Below, one piece after another: positions 1 to 9,323 of a stretch of 59,667 nucleotides of DNA. Every line of letters begins with the position of its first letter. Within the stretch, counting starts at the first letter, position 1. The DNA lies in contig CANPZK010000001.1 of assembly GCA_947588875.1 (NCBI GenBank), forward strand, positions 1 through 59,667, read 5' to 3'. The notes below the pieces were generated by a model. That model had not been told where the DNA came from, searched no databases, and was given only the letters and a program-made list of their open reading frames with translations. Source of the DNA: an uncultured Clostridia bacterium. Lineage in GTDB: Bacteria > Bacillota > Clostridia > Oscillospirales > Acutalibacteraceae. The position numbers and the translations under genes were made by a program.

Positions 1-339
1 GTCGCGGATGACCACTGGGGCGCTGACAATTACGGCGTAGGCGGCGCGGTAAACGGCACAGATATGAGCTTTACTCTGACAAAGAGTGCCGCAGTCACCT
101 TCACCTTTACGGACGACGACAAGCACCTGACCAAGGTCACGGCGGACCCGCCGGAGGCGCTGACGGACGTCGTTACCGAGGAGAAGAAGATAGACTTCAA
201 GGGTATCTCCGTCATTGCGCCAAAGGCTATAACGGGCTATAACTGGCTTGAGGACGGCAAGGAGAAAGAAGCGGCGGCAGCGGGAAAATGGAGCCTGATC
301 CCAATGAGAACGGTTGGTTTGAAAAGACCTTTACCGTAA
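1..339 (+). CDS. 5'-truncated upstream part of the giant surface protein (open from base 1), frameshifted into 288..5054
   Basis: Frame 1 is open from base 1 (VADDHWGADNYG...ITGYNWLEDGKEKEAAAAGK). It matches the internal repeat FTGYNWGSDEGTEDLAAAEGKME of the next ORF, and the match continues only in the -1 frame at ATG 288. Confidence 0.7.
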   Translation, partial: VADDHWGADNYGVGGAVNGTDMSFTLTKSAAVTFTFTDDDKHLTKVTADPPEALTDVVTEEKKIDFKGISVIAPKAITGYNWLEDGKEKEAAAAGKWSLIPMRTVGLKRPLP

Positions 340-3300
340 CTAATGATAACTTTAACAAATCATTCGGCTATAAGGTTATAATCGACGCGGTGGACGCCGG
401 ATTAAACAAGTATTTCTATCTTCCGACACCTCCGACTGAATCTGAGCATATAAGCAGTCAAAAGGTTATCTTCCACTATAACCCGGAAACGCAGGAGGCC
501 TATGTTACAACCGATTTTTACCCGGCGAAAGATAACATTACGCAGCACGCGGTTTCTGAAAATTACTATGTCGCAGGCTCTTATAATCTGACCGGCTTCG
601 ATTACCTGTATGAGCATAATACCAATAATTATCTTAACGAAGAAGAATTGAATAGTATCGAAATGGTCAATGATACGTCTATGACACAAAGCGAAACGAA
701 TAAATATTTTATAAAGACGTTTGAAAAATTGGAGCCGGGCTCGTATTCATTTAAGATAGCCTCGGGCGGCACCTGGGATTCTATCTCCTTCGGCGACAAC
801 AGGGACCCGAATAAAAACTACGAGTTCACCCTCTCTAAGGAGGCAAAGGTCAGCATAAAATTCGACGAGGCGGCGGGCATAATCACGGTTGTCACGGTCC
901 CCGATGACGCAATCTCCAGAAAGGAATATGTTGTAACGGGTACCGAAAACCTCATGAACCTTGAGTGGAACAAGGACCAGCCCGTTATGAAATACGACCA
1001 GACTATAAGCCGCTATTATTACGTTATTGAAAACGTGCAGCCGGGCTATAACTACGCCTTTAAGGTAATAGAAAAGGGTATAGATTCCGGCAACAACATA
1101 GCGTTCAGAGTAAACGGCAAATCATATGTCAATATCCGCGTTGAATATGACGATTTGACCGGCGAAACCACATATTGCGCTCTTGACAGCGACGGCAAAG
1201 ATATAAGCAAAGAAGAAACCGATGAATCCTATGAGCACCTCAACGGCGAGACGAGAACGGCGACCGTCTTAGACGAAGTTAAAATAGACTTCTGGTCCGT
1301 GCTCGGCGATACCGACTTCACGGGCTATAACTGGGGCTCCGATGAGGGCACCGAGGATTTAGCCGCGGCGGAGGGCAAGATGGAGAGCCTAAAAGGGGCC
1401 TCCACCACGGTTAAGGATACGATATTAGCGGACGACGAGAGAAACCAAGCGACAGACGAGATATTTTTCTGGAAAACGAAGGAGCCGTTTAAAAACTCCC
1501 TCAATGAGATGAGCGTCGGAACAGAAAAGGTGTTCGCCTTTAAGGTTGCCGCTAACGGAGACTGGGACACCGGCATCAGCTACGGCGACGGCGGACTGAA
1601 CGGTGCGAATATGACCTTGAATATTAAGAAGACCGGCGCCACAAGCGGCAGCAGCGTAACGGTTTACCTGAACCTGACAGACGGTTTTATGAGCTTCATA
1701 CCGAACCTCAGAGGCGCTGATGTGGTGGAGCAGGACGCTACAAGGTTTGAATGGGTAATTTACGGCGACTCAGACCTGACATACGCCTCGGCAAAGGTTG
1801 CCGGAAAGGGCGTTTATGATACGGTGCGCGACATAACGAGCGACTTCACCTTTACCTCCGGCGAAGCGAGAAAACAGCGCGGCTTGACCTGGCATGTAAA
1901 CGATGAGCTTAATGAAGAATACGAATTTGACAAAAACGTAGAATTTGAGCTCGACCATGAGGTTGACAAAAAGACAACTACCACAACATATGATCCCGAG
2001 GTCGTTTCACTGCTGGTAAAGGCTCAGCTCGCCGAGAAAACCGAGGAAACGACAGAACCTGCGGATTCTCTCGCAAAGGATGATTATGTTGCAAAGTACA
2101 GCGTGGATGATTTCGCCCCCGGAAAGCAGTGGGTGACGGTAAACGCGTTTGGCTATGGTTATTTTGAGAAGCTGCTGGATTGGAAGGGGCAGCAAATAAA
2201 ATATACCGACTATAAGGATAAGTATGAGAGCTACGTCCAGCTCAGGAGGGAGTATGTAAACGCGCTGTCAGGCTTTGTCGTTCCCGATGATGTTGAGGCT
2301 TACAAAGGTCAGAATATAAACGACGACAATATCTACGCCTATGTCAAGTATCTCTCCACTCAGCCGAAGGACAGCGTCGATTACGATACCTATGAGTCCA
2401 TGAAGACGTACTTCGGCGATGGCCCCGATGACGACCTCTTGACCAGATACGACGCGGCGAAAAAAGCCCTTGACGACTTGACAGAGGAGCTTAAAAAGGA
2501 TTCCTCTATTAAGGATATCCCGACAGATGATAAGCTCTACAAGCCCGGCGATACGGCGTATCCCTTCCCGGCGGACGCTCCGGAAACGACCGGCGAGAGC
2601 ATAGTCGGCTCAAGGCATATAAGGCTCATTCCCTCAGCCTATATCGAGGCGGGCGTGGACGCGACGGTAAATGTTATTGAGTCGGACGATACCTCCGCGG
2701 CAGAGGCGGAACAGCGCGCGGAAAACGCGGTCAGAATACGCGGCGACAGCGGCGATAGCGTTGCTGTTACCAGTACATTGTCTTCCGATGTATCAAATAT
2801 CTATTTCCCCTACTACAATTTTGCTCAGACAGCGGGATACCTTGTGACCGACGTTATAGGCCTCGGAATTTACAAGAACTATAAAAACTTAGATGACGAT
2901 GGATACGAGAGAAATCCAGACTATAAGTATCAGACCTATGACACTGACGAAATCAGGGACGATCTGGACTTTGCACAAAGAACAGCCGGACAGTACTTTG
3001 CCATGAGCTCGGTGTATAATCAGGCGGCATCCTATACCGATGAAGATGACCCCGGATTAAAGCCCGACTCGCTTGTCGACCAAAGCCTTATAGGAAATAC
3101 ATATAGTAGGGATACCGATACCGGCGTGGCAAAAACGATAGTTAAGATATTTAAAGCGGACAGAGACTCGACAAGCAATCAAGTCGTTTATAAAAAAATC
3201 GGCATGAACAACGACCCGGAGGCAACCGACGAATATGCCCAAAACTACAAAAAATGGTCGGGTCAGAGCAAGTTCACAAGCGACGACGTGGGAGTGTATG

Positions 3301-5054
3301 CCGTAAGATTCCTGTGGATGCTCAAGGACGGACGTTATTTGACGGACGAAAAGGAGGTCGTTATAAGGTCGCTTACATCGGGACTGCAAAAAAGCGTGGA
3401 GCCGGAGTATATGACTACATCAGACACGGAGATAAAATACACGCTCAGCTATGTAAACGACAGAAGTACCGACAGCGTAAACCTCACTCTCTTTGACGTT
3501 CTCCCGTTTAACGAAGATACACGCCTCAAGCGCGAGGATGACGGTCTTGCCGATGAATTGAACACGGGCAATCCGAGAACGAAAAAAGGAATAAGCGACA
3601 GCTTCGAGCTTGAATCCATAACCCTCATCCACCCGGGCGGCGCGCAGATATACGGACTTTATTACACCACAGATGTTGGAGTCCGAGATTACCTGACGGA
3701 GGGCGATGGTACAACTCCCGACCCTGCGGCGGCGGATAAGCTGAACCGCAATAGTGAAGGAAAGATTACCGATACGGGGGTAGATTGGAAACCTGTTTCC
3801 AAAACCGCTGAAACCTACAACAACAAAATGACTTATACTATCGGCGCGGATAACGTAAGAGCCATTGCTCTTACCGCCAATGGTCTGCCGGTCGGCGAGA
3901 CGCTTTCCATAGAGTTTACGCTCGAGTGCGATCTTAAAGAAACCGACAGCTCCGGCGATTTTGTAAATATTTCCGATGAGTTTGTAAACAATTCGTTCTA
4001 CTCCGTGGACGGCGTAGATTCAACCGGCACGGGAACAACAACGCATAAGGCCGATTACAGCAACTCGGTTCTGACGGCGGTCGTAGGCCGCGATATTTCC
4101 GGCTACGCCTGGCATGATAAAAGCGTCGACGGCGTGCTTGACAGCTTTGAGGAGCGCCTTGGAAATGTCGAGGTCGCAATATATACGGACTCTGATGGAG
4201 ATGGCGAATATACAGATTCCGACATTGGTCACGTACGCACCGATAAAAATGGATTTTATATCTTTAAAAATATTCCTTATCTTGAAAACTGCCGAATCGT
4301 ATTTCTCGCCCCAACAGGCGGCGAAATTTCGGTGAATAAGAGTGACGGAACTCCGACCGATACGGTTGATTTTGATAAGCTCAAAATATCCGAAACCCTG
4401 CTCCAGACGCTGCACGAAGGCAAAGATGAGATAGGCACACGCGGTCTTGCGAAACAAGAGGACGACAGCGTCTTTATTGAGAATGGCGCAGTAAAGATAC
4501 CGAGCAATTTCCAGATATTCACCGATACCGTTCAGGATAAGATTAATGCAACAAATAATTATCGTTATTTCAAAAAGCAATATTTGAACGCGGGCTTCAC
4601 TATCGGTAATGAAACGGCTCCGGAATATGCCGTAAATGTTAAAAAGGTGAATGAGGCGGGTGAGCCGCTCGAGGGTGTAAAATTCATGCTTGAATACAAA
4701 TACACGGATGAATCCGGCACGCAGTGGTACCCGGTGTATTACAACGCGTCAGACACGGCGCACGAAACACGCGGGACTGAGAGGTACACTAAGGAGCAGC
4801 TTGACAATGAGTACTCAAGTCAATTTAAATATATCTTTGATACGGACGAGGACGGAGCTATTTCGTTTGGCGACCTCCTGCACGGCGAATTTAGATTGAC
4901 CGAGGTTGAGCCTCCGACCGGATATACTCTGTCTGAGCCGATTGAATTCAGCCTTCCTTACAAATATGACAGCACCGAAGAAAATGCCGATATAACGGTC
5001 GACCGCGACTCCGTTATATCATCGGACGGCAGCGTAGGAACTACTGTAAGATAA
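288..5054 (+). CDS. Giant multi-domain cell-surface protein (X25/starch-binding-like beta-sandwich repeats, SdrD B-like and SpaA-like domains); internal fragment
   Basis: Repeats such as YYVAGS...YSFKIASGGTWDSISFG and FAFKVAANGDWDTGISYG; SdrD B-like ISGYAWHDKSVDG...RTDKNGFYIF; SpaA-like VKKVNEAGEPLEGVKF...TDEDG...LTEVEPPTGY; very acidic composition. Confidence 0.8.
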   Translation: MEPDPNENGWFEKTFTVTNDNFNKSFGYKVIIDAVDAGLNKYFYLPTPPTESEHISSQKVIFHYNPETQEAYVTTDFYPAKDNITQHAVSENYYVAGSYNLTGFDYLYEHNTNNYLNEEELNSIEMVNDTSMTQSETNKYFIKTFEKLEPGSYSFKIASGGTWDSISFGDNRDPNKNYEFTLSKEAKVSIKFDEAAGIITVVTVPDDAISRKEYVVTGTENLMNLEWNKDQPVMKYDQTISRYYYVIENVQPGYNYAFKVIEKGIDSGNNIAFRVNGKSYVNIRVEYDDLTGETTYCALDSDGKDISKEETDESYEHLNGETRTATVLDEVKIDFWSVLGDTDFTGYNWGSDEGTEDLAAAEGKMESLKGASTTVKDTILADDERNQATDEIFFWKTKEPFKNSLNEMSVGTEKVFAFKVAANGDWDTGISYGDGGLNGANMTLNIKKTGATSGSSVTVYLNLTDGFMSFIPNLRGADVVEQDATRFEWVIYGDSDLTYASAKVAGKGVYDTVRDITSDFTFTSGEARKQRGLTWHVNDELNEEYEFDKNVEFELDHEVDKKTTTTTYDPEVVSLLVKAQLAEKTEETTEPADSLAKDDYVAKYSVDDFAPGKQWVTVNAFGYGYFEKLLDWKGQQIKYTDYKDKYESYVQLRREYVNALSGFVVPDDVEAYKGQNINDDNIYAYVKYLSTQPKDSVDYDTYESMKTYFGDGPDDDLLTRYDAAKKALDDLTEELKKDSSIKDIPTDDKLYKPGDTAYPFPADAPETTGESIVGSRHIRLIPSAYIEAGVDATVNVIESDDTSAAEAEQRAENAVRIRGDSGDSVAVTSTLSSDVSNIYFPYYNFAQTAGYLVTDVIGLGIYKNYKNLDDDGYERNPDYKYQTYDTDEIRDDLDFAQRTAGQYFAMSSVYNQAASYTDEDDPGLKPDSLVDQSLIGNTYSRDTDTGVAKTIVKIFKADRDSTSNQVVYKKIGMNNDPEATDEYAQNYKKWSGQSKFTSDDVGVYAVRFLWMLKDGRYLTDEKEVVIRSLTSGLQKSVEPEYMTTSDTEIKYTLSYVNDRSTDSVNLTLFDVLPFNEDTRLKREDDGLADELNTGNPRTKKGISDSFELESITLIHPGGAQIYGLYYTTDVGVRDYLTEGDGTTPDPAAADKLNRNSEGKITDTGVDWKPVSKTAETYNNKMTYTIGADNVRAIALTANGLPVGETLSIEFTLECDLKETDSSGDFVNISDEFVNNSFYSVDGVDSTGTGTTTHKADYSNSVLTAVVGRDISGYAWHDKSVDGVLDSFEERLGNVEVAIYTDSDGDGEYTDSDIGHVRTDKNGFYIFKNIPYLENCRIVFLAPTGGEISVNKSDGTPTDTVDFDKLKISETLLQTLHEGKDEIGTRGLAKQEDDSVFIENGAVKIPSNFQIFTDTVQDKINATNNYRYFKKQYLNAGFTIGNETAPEYAVNVKKVNEAGEPLEGVKFMLEYKYTDESGTQWYPVYYNASDTAHETRGTERYTKEQLDNEYSSQFKYIFDTDEDGAISFGDLLHGEFRLTEVEPPTGYTLSEPIEFSLPYKYDSTEENADITVDRDSVISSDGSVGTTVR

Positions 5055-5242
5055 ATATCAAGGTTACGGATACAAAAATAGTGCAGCCCTCACTGCCTCT
5101 TGCGGGCGGCAGCGGAATAACGGGAATTATCATTTTGGGAGCTGTTCTCGCAATCGGCGCGGCTGTTACCTATTACATTTATTCTAAAAGGAAGAGAAAA
5201 ATAACATATAAAGATACTCAGAATATCGAAAATATTAAATAA
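5048..5242 (+). other. Out-of-frame C-terminal sortase sorting signal of the giant protein (LPLAG, transmembrane helix, basic tail)
   Basis: The -1 frame reads KINIKVTDTKIVQPSLPLAGGSGITGIIILGAVLAIGAAVTYYIYSKRKRKITYKDTQNIENIK*, with LPLAG at 5093-5107. Confidence 0.85.
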
Positions 5243-5249
5243 GCCTTTA

Positions 5250-5500
5250 CCTAATATTCCTAAGCATAAAGCGGGGAGCGAAGGCATTCGCTCTCCCGCA
5301 TCCTCTCTTCAAGGGCGGATGCGAATTTTATTAAGCATTTTCCTAATATTCTTAAGTACAGAGCGGGAGAGTAAGGCATTCGCTCTCCCGCAAATCCTCC
5401 CTTTAGGGGCGGATATGAATTTTATTAAGCATTTTCCTAATATTCCTAAGCCTTCGGGGGAAACGATTAAACTCGTTTCCCTCGGAATCCTCCGAATATT
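5250..5500. repeat. Tandem ~93-bp hairpin-containing repeat (two close copies and one divergent unit)
   Basis: CCTAATATTCYTAAG recurs at 5250, 5342 and 5436, each time followed by a GC hairpin. The first two units share AAGGCATTCGCTCTCCCGCA and GGGCGGAT..GAATTTTATTAAGCATTTT. Confidence 0.85.
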
Positions 5501-5632
5501 TTAGATATACCCGCTCGGCAGAGATTATAGCCTATTTGCTCGGCGGAATGTGCGCAAGGCATGAATACGGCGATTTGAAATAAAAAAAGCGTTATACGCC
5601 GAAGACCGCCGAAAAATTAAGGGGTGTAAATC

Positions 5633-5908
5633 TTGGCAACGATAAGACCGAGTGCGGATATAAGAAATCATTACACGGAAATATCCGACTTTTGCAATAA
5701 CAACGACGAGCCCGTCTTTATCACGAAAAACGGTACGGGCGATCTGGTGGTGCTGTCCAATTCGTACTACGAAAGAATGTGCGCCAAATTTGAATTTCAA
5801 AGGCTGCTGCTTGAAGGGCTTAAAGATATAGGCGACGACTCCGGCAGCCGGACAATAGACGACGTGTTTTTTGACTTTGGGAGGAAGTTCGGTTTTGGCG
5901 GATTATAA
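5633..5908 (+). CDS. Type II TA antitoxin, Phd/YefM family
   Basis: N-terminal IRPSADIRNHYTEIS...EPVFITKNGTGDLVVLS signature; overlaps the toxin gene; TTG start. Confidence 0.9.
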   Translation: MATIRPSADIRNHYTEISDFCNNNDEPVFITKNGTGDLVVLSNSYYERMCAKFEFQRLLLEGLKDIGDDSGSRTIDDVFFDFGRKFGFGGL

Positions 5909-6206
5909 TGTGATGATAGAGCGGACAGCCCAAAGGGATATTGATAGCATTTTGGCGTATCTGTCGGGCTATATGCGGGATTCTTTCGGCGCACGGATGC
6001 TGTTCTTATCTCTTTACAGCATACTCGGCAGGCTGGCGTTTAATTTTGATGAGCTGCCGTACTGCGCCGAGCCCTTTGGGGCTTTAGGCATAAAGAGTCT
6101 AAGCTTCAACGGGAATGTAAATGTATATTTCATGCGCGACGCCAAAGGAATAATACATATTTTTCGCGTCCTGTATATGCGCCGCGAATGGGAGGACTTG
6201 TCATAA
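5895..6206 (+). CDS. Type II TA toxin, RelE/ParE family
   Basis: YNVMIERTAQRDIDSILAY...VYF...IHIFRVLYMRREW pattern; TTG at 5895 follows GGGAGG. Confidence 0.85.
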   Translation: MADYNVMIERTAQRDIDSILAYLSGYMRDSFGARMLFLSLYSILGRLAFNFDELPYCAEPFGALGIKSLSFNGNVNVYFMRDAKGIIHIFRVLYMRREWEDLS

Positions 6207-6327
6207 TCATATTGCGCCTTGCCTGACTATTCGACGAATTTTTCGTCAGCAAAGGCTCGCTTCGGCTTGAAGAGCCGACCGTGCGCTCAACTGCATAAGC
6301 GCAAAATAAAACTGATTCAACAAACTA

Positions 6328-6360
6328 AAGCCCGCCGAGGACATTGTCCCCGTCGGGCTT
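6328..6360. terminator. Hairpin between the convergent toxin and trxA genes (probably a bidirectional terminator)
   Basis: AAGCCCG...CGGGCTT inverted repeat. Confidence 0.55.
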
Positions 6361-6387
6361 GATTAATAATATCTGCCGTATCTGCCG

Positions 6388-6702
6388 TCAAATAAGGCCG
6401 TCGATGATTTCTCTGTATACGCTTATCGGCTGAAAACCAACCTCAAATGCCTTTTGCTCGCCGTCCTTGAGTATTACAACGGAGGGAATGCTCGCGACCT
6501 CAAAGCGCGAAGCAAGCTCGCGCTCCTCGTCAACGTTCACCTTTACGACCTTTAGCCTGCCGTCGTACTCCTCGGAGAGCTTATCAATAACGGGCGCGAG
6601 CATTTTGCACGGGCCGCACCAGTCGGCGTAAAAATCAACGAGCGCCGCGCCGCTGCCTATAACGGACTCAAATTCCTCGGTGGTTGGGTGTAAAACCGGC
6701 AT
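6388..6702 (-). CDS. trxA: Thioredoxin
   Basis: VDFYADWCGPCK active site; 104 aa. Confidence 0.95.
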   Translation of the reverse strand: MPVLHPTTEEFESVIGSGAALVDFYADWCGPCKMLAPVIDKLSEEYDGRLKVVKVNVDEERELASRFEVASIPSVVILKDGEQKAFEVGFQPISVYREIIDGLI

Positions 6703-6812
6703 AATATCACTTCCTTAAAAATAATATGTGAAATGGAATATATAAAGTAATTTTGACGAGCCTTGCAAAGCCTTATGAAAATAGGCTTTGCATTATTTTT
6801 TTATTTATTCGC

Positions 6813-7763
6813 TTATTCGCTGTAAGTCGTTATTTCAATGCTTTCTATGGTAACGTCCGTGGTCGGCTTGTCGTTTGCGTCTGTTTCAACTGCGGCTATT
6901 TTGTCAACAACGTCCATTCCGTCGTAAACCTGAGCGAAAACCGTGTGACCGCGGTCTATAACGTTAAACGCGCCGTCGAGCGACGGGTTGCCGCCGTTTT
7001 CCTCATAGAGCTTTTTAACGTCGTCGGGAACTACGTCCGTGTCAAGGGCGATGTTGTACTGCTGTTGAAGCGCCTGATTTACATAGTCCCACTGACCCTG
7101 CGCGATGTAGTTTGATATATCCTGATGAAGCTGCGCCCATTGAGCCTCAAGGTTTTCCCAGCCGGAAAACGTGTCTGGTCCCGCCTGATTAATAAAGAAC
7201 TGACTGCCGTTTGTGTCTGCGCCGCTGTTCGCCATTGCAACGCTGCCTCTGAGGTTGAACAGCTTATTGCTGAATTCGTCCTCAAAGGAATCGCCGTAAA
7301 TGCTTTCGCCGCCGGTTCCGTTGCCCTTCGGGTCGCCGCCCTGTATCATAAAGTCCTCTATAACCCTGTGGAACGTCAGACCGTTATAATAACCGTCCTT
7401 GGCGTGCGTTACAAAATTTTCAACTGTTTTCGGGGCGGCATCGGGGAAAAGACGAAGGCTTATGTCGCCCATAGATGTGTGCATAATCGCAACCTCTTCG
7501 CCCGCGCTCGGCTTTTCGAGCTGATAGCCCGCCTCATGCTCCTTGTCGTCGTAAATATTTCTCTTGACGTCGAAATCCTCCCAGGCTACAAGCTCCGCGT
7601 CGGTCGGTTCCTCGGTCGCCGCCTGAGACGACGAGTCTCCCGACGATGAGCCCGAGGACGAGGAGCCGGAAGATGAGGAATCGGACGAGCAGCCGGAGGC
7701 GCCAACGATCATAACAGCCGCTAAACAGGCAGCGGCAATTGCCTTTAATCTGTAATTTTTCAT
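6813..7763 (-). CDS. Cyclophilin-type peptidyl-prolyl isomerase, lipoprotein
   Basis: [29 protein letters not shown] and HTVF motifs; lipobox ASGC followed by a Ser-rich linker; start reassigned to ATG 7763 after GAAAGGA. Confidence 0.92.
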   Translation of the reverse strand: MKNYRLKAIAAACLAAVMIVGASGCSSDSSSSGSSSSGSSSGDSSSQAATEEPTDAELVAWEDFDVKRNIYDDKEHEAGYQLEKPSAGEEVAIMHTSMGDISLRLFPDAAPKTVENFVTHAKDGYYNGLTFHRVIEDFMIQGGDPKGNGTGGESIYGDSFEDEFSNKLFNLRGSVAMANSGADTNGSQFFINQAGPDTFSGWENLEAQWAQLHQDISNYIAQGQWDYVNQALQQQYNIALDTDVVPDDVKKLYEENGGNPSLDGAFNVIDRGHTVFAQVYDGMDVVDKIAAVETDANDKPTTDVTIESIEITTYSE

Positions 7764-8104
7764 ATTAACAATCCTTTCAATAATTGACTTCACGTTTATC
7801 CTCTCGGGATATTTACTTAACTATTGTATATCATTCGGAGCAAAAGAGCAAGCAAAGTTTGTTCATAAACTTAATATCAATTCTATGTCTATGCCCCGTG
7901 CTTTTGACTGTCCTTTTCAGGGCGGCGGCTTGGAGAGAGAATCTCAGACCGCAGACCGCGAAACTCTCCCGCGTTCCAAGAAACGCAAAATAAAAAACAT
8001 TTTTCAACAGCTCGCAGCCGGTGCGCGGCTTATTTTTTTCGGTTATATTTCGTCTGCCGCATTAATATAATTGCATAGATAACGTACTAACGGGAGGAAG
8101 AAAA

Positions 8105-9031
8105 ATGACAGAATTTTATCCTGAGGGCAGATTGATCGAAACCGTGGGCAATATATCGGGACTCAGGTCAAAGCTGAGCCTCAGCGAAGCGTGCGCGGAG
8201 GAAAAGATTCTTGAGGCGAGAGCCATAATCTGTGATTCACAGCATAATCTCATAGTAGATCTCGGGTGTATGAAGGGGATAATACCGAGGGACGAGGGCG
8301 CGATAGGAATAAAAGAGGGAGTAGTCAAGGATATAGCGGTCATATCGCGAGTAAACAGACCGGTGTGCTTTATGGTGGAGAGGCTCGAAACCGACGAGCA
8401 GGGAAACCCGTGCGCCATACTCTCCAGACGAAAGGCTCAGGAGAGATGCGTGCAGTCTAAGATAAGCAGGCTCAAAAACGGCGATATAACGAGCGGTAAG
8501 GTCACCCACCTTGAGAGCTTTGGGGCTTTTGTCGATATAGGCTGCGGCGTGATAGCGCTTATGCCGATAGACAGCATATCCGTGTCGCGGATTGACCACC
8601 CATCGGAGCGATTCAGCGTGGGTATGGACATAAGAGCGGTCGTGAAAAATATAGAAAACGGCAGAATCAGCCTGTCGCATAAAGAGCTTTTGGGAACATG
8701 GGAGGAAAACGTGAGGGCGTATAAGCCGGGGGAAACCGTCGCGGGAATAATCCGCTCGATAGAGGACTACGGCGCGTTTGTAGAGCTGACTCCGAACCTT
8801 GCGGGGCTTGCCGAGCTGAAGGACGGAATAAAGGCGGGCCAGCAGGCGAGCGTCTACATAAAGAATATAATTCCCGAAAGAATGAAGATAAAGCTCATAA
8901 TAATCGACTCGTTCGATTACAGAATAAAGCCGGAAAAACCGAAATACTTTTTTGAGGGAGAGCATATGGATTCGTTTTTGTATTCTCCTACGGTATGCAG
9001 CCGCAGAATAGAGAGCGTGTTCGCGCCCTGA
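8105..9031 (+). CDS. S1 RNA-binding domain protein (short ribosomal S1-like, about three S1 domains)
   Basis: S1 motifs GKVTHLESFGAFVDIG and GIIRSIEDYGAFVEL. Confidence 0.85.
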   Translation: MTEFYPEGRLIETVGNISGLRSKLSLSEACAEEKILEARAIICDSQHNLIVDLGCMKGIIPRDEGAIGIKEGVVKDIAVISRVNRPVCFMVERLETDEQGNPCAILSRRKAQERCVQSKISRLKNGDITSGKVTHLESFGAFVDIGCGVIALMPIDSISVSRIDHPSERFSVGMDIRAVVKNIENGRISLSHKELLGTWEENVRAYKPGETVAGIIRSIEDYGAFVELTPNLAGLAELKDGIKAGQQASVYIKNIIPERMKIKLIIIDSFDYRIKPEKPKYFFEGEHMDSFLYSPTVCSRRIESVFAP

Positions 9032-9092
9032 TGAAGTCAAAGGTCTGTCAAAAAGCTATCTATAATAAGCGGCAGTCAAAATGCTTTTCACA

Positions 9093-9121
9093 TTGACTTG
9101 AACACCGGAATATGATATACT
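9093..9121 (+). promoter_or_regulatory. SigA-type promoter for the riboswitch-ATPase transcript
   Basis: TTGACT-N17-TATACT with TG extension. Confidence 0.7.
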
Positions 9122-9164
9122 GCAATAAACTCTTTGCGCTGAATACATTTTGCGAAATGAAATA

Positions 9165-9273
9165 CAGTACAAACTGAGCAGGCGTTGATAGTATATCATA
9201 TGCCGGGCCGAAAGGCAGCAGATAAAAGCTCACATCTGCGGGACAGTGGCACTCCCGCAGATGTTTTTTCTTT
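9165..9273 (+). ncRNA. NiCo (czcD) metal-sensing riboswitch with overlapping intrinsic terminator
   Basis: AACTGAGCAGGC...GCCGGGCC..GGCAGCAGAT...ATCTGCGGGACAGT matches the NiCo four-way-junction consensus. The terminator CATCTGCGGGA/TCCCGCAGATG-TTTTTT overlaps the aptamer 3' end. Confidence 0.9.
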
Positions 9274-9323
9274 ATAAGGCAGGCAGAGAGTCGCTTGCAC
9301 TAATATTCGGGAGGAATATGACG

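Noticed and set aside
5250-5500. CRISPR array interpretation of the tandem repeat
   Set aside because: The period is ~93 bp, the first two intervening sequences are near-identical rather than unique, and there are no cas genes.
7915-8035. GC-rich imperfect hairpins between the cyclophilin and S1 genes as an eighth cloverleaf copy
   Set aside because: Only GGGCGGCGGC resembles the motif; there is no GTCGCCGCC partner or four-way structure.
9246-9323. GTG start at 9246 for the ATPase
   Set aside because: It lies inside the riboswitch terminator; the RBS supports ATG 9324.
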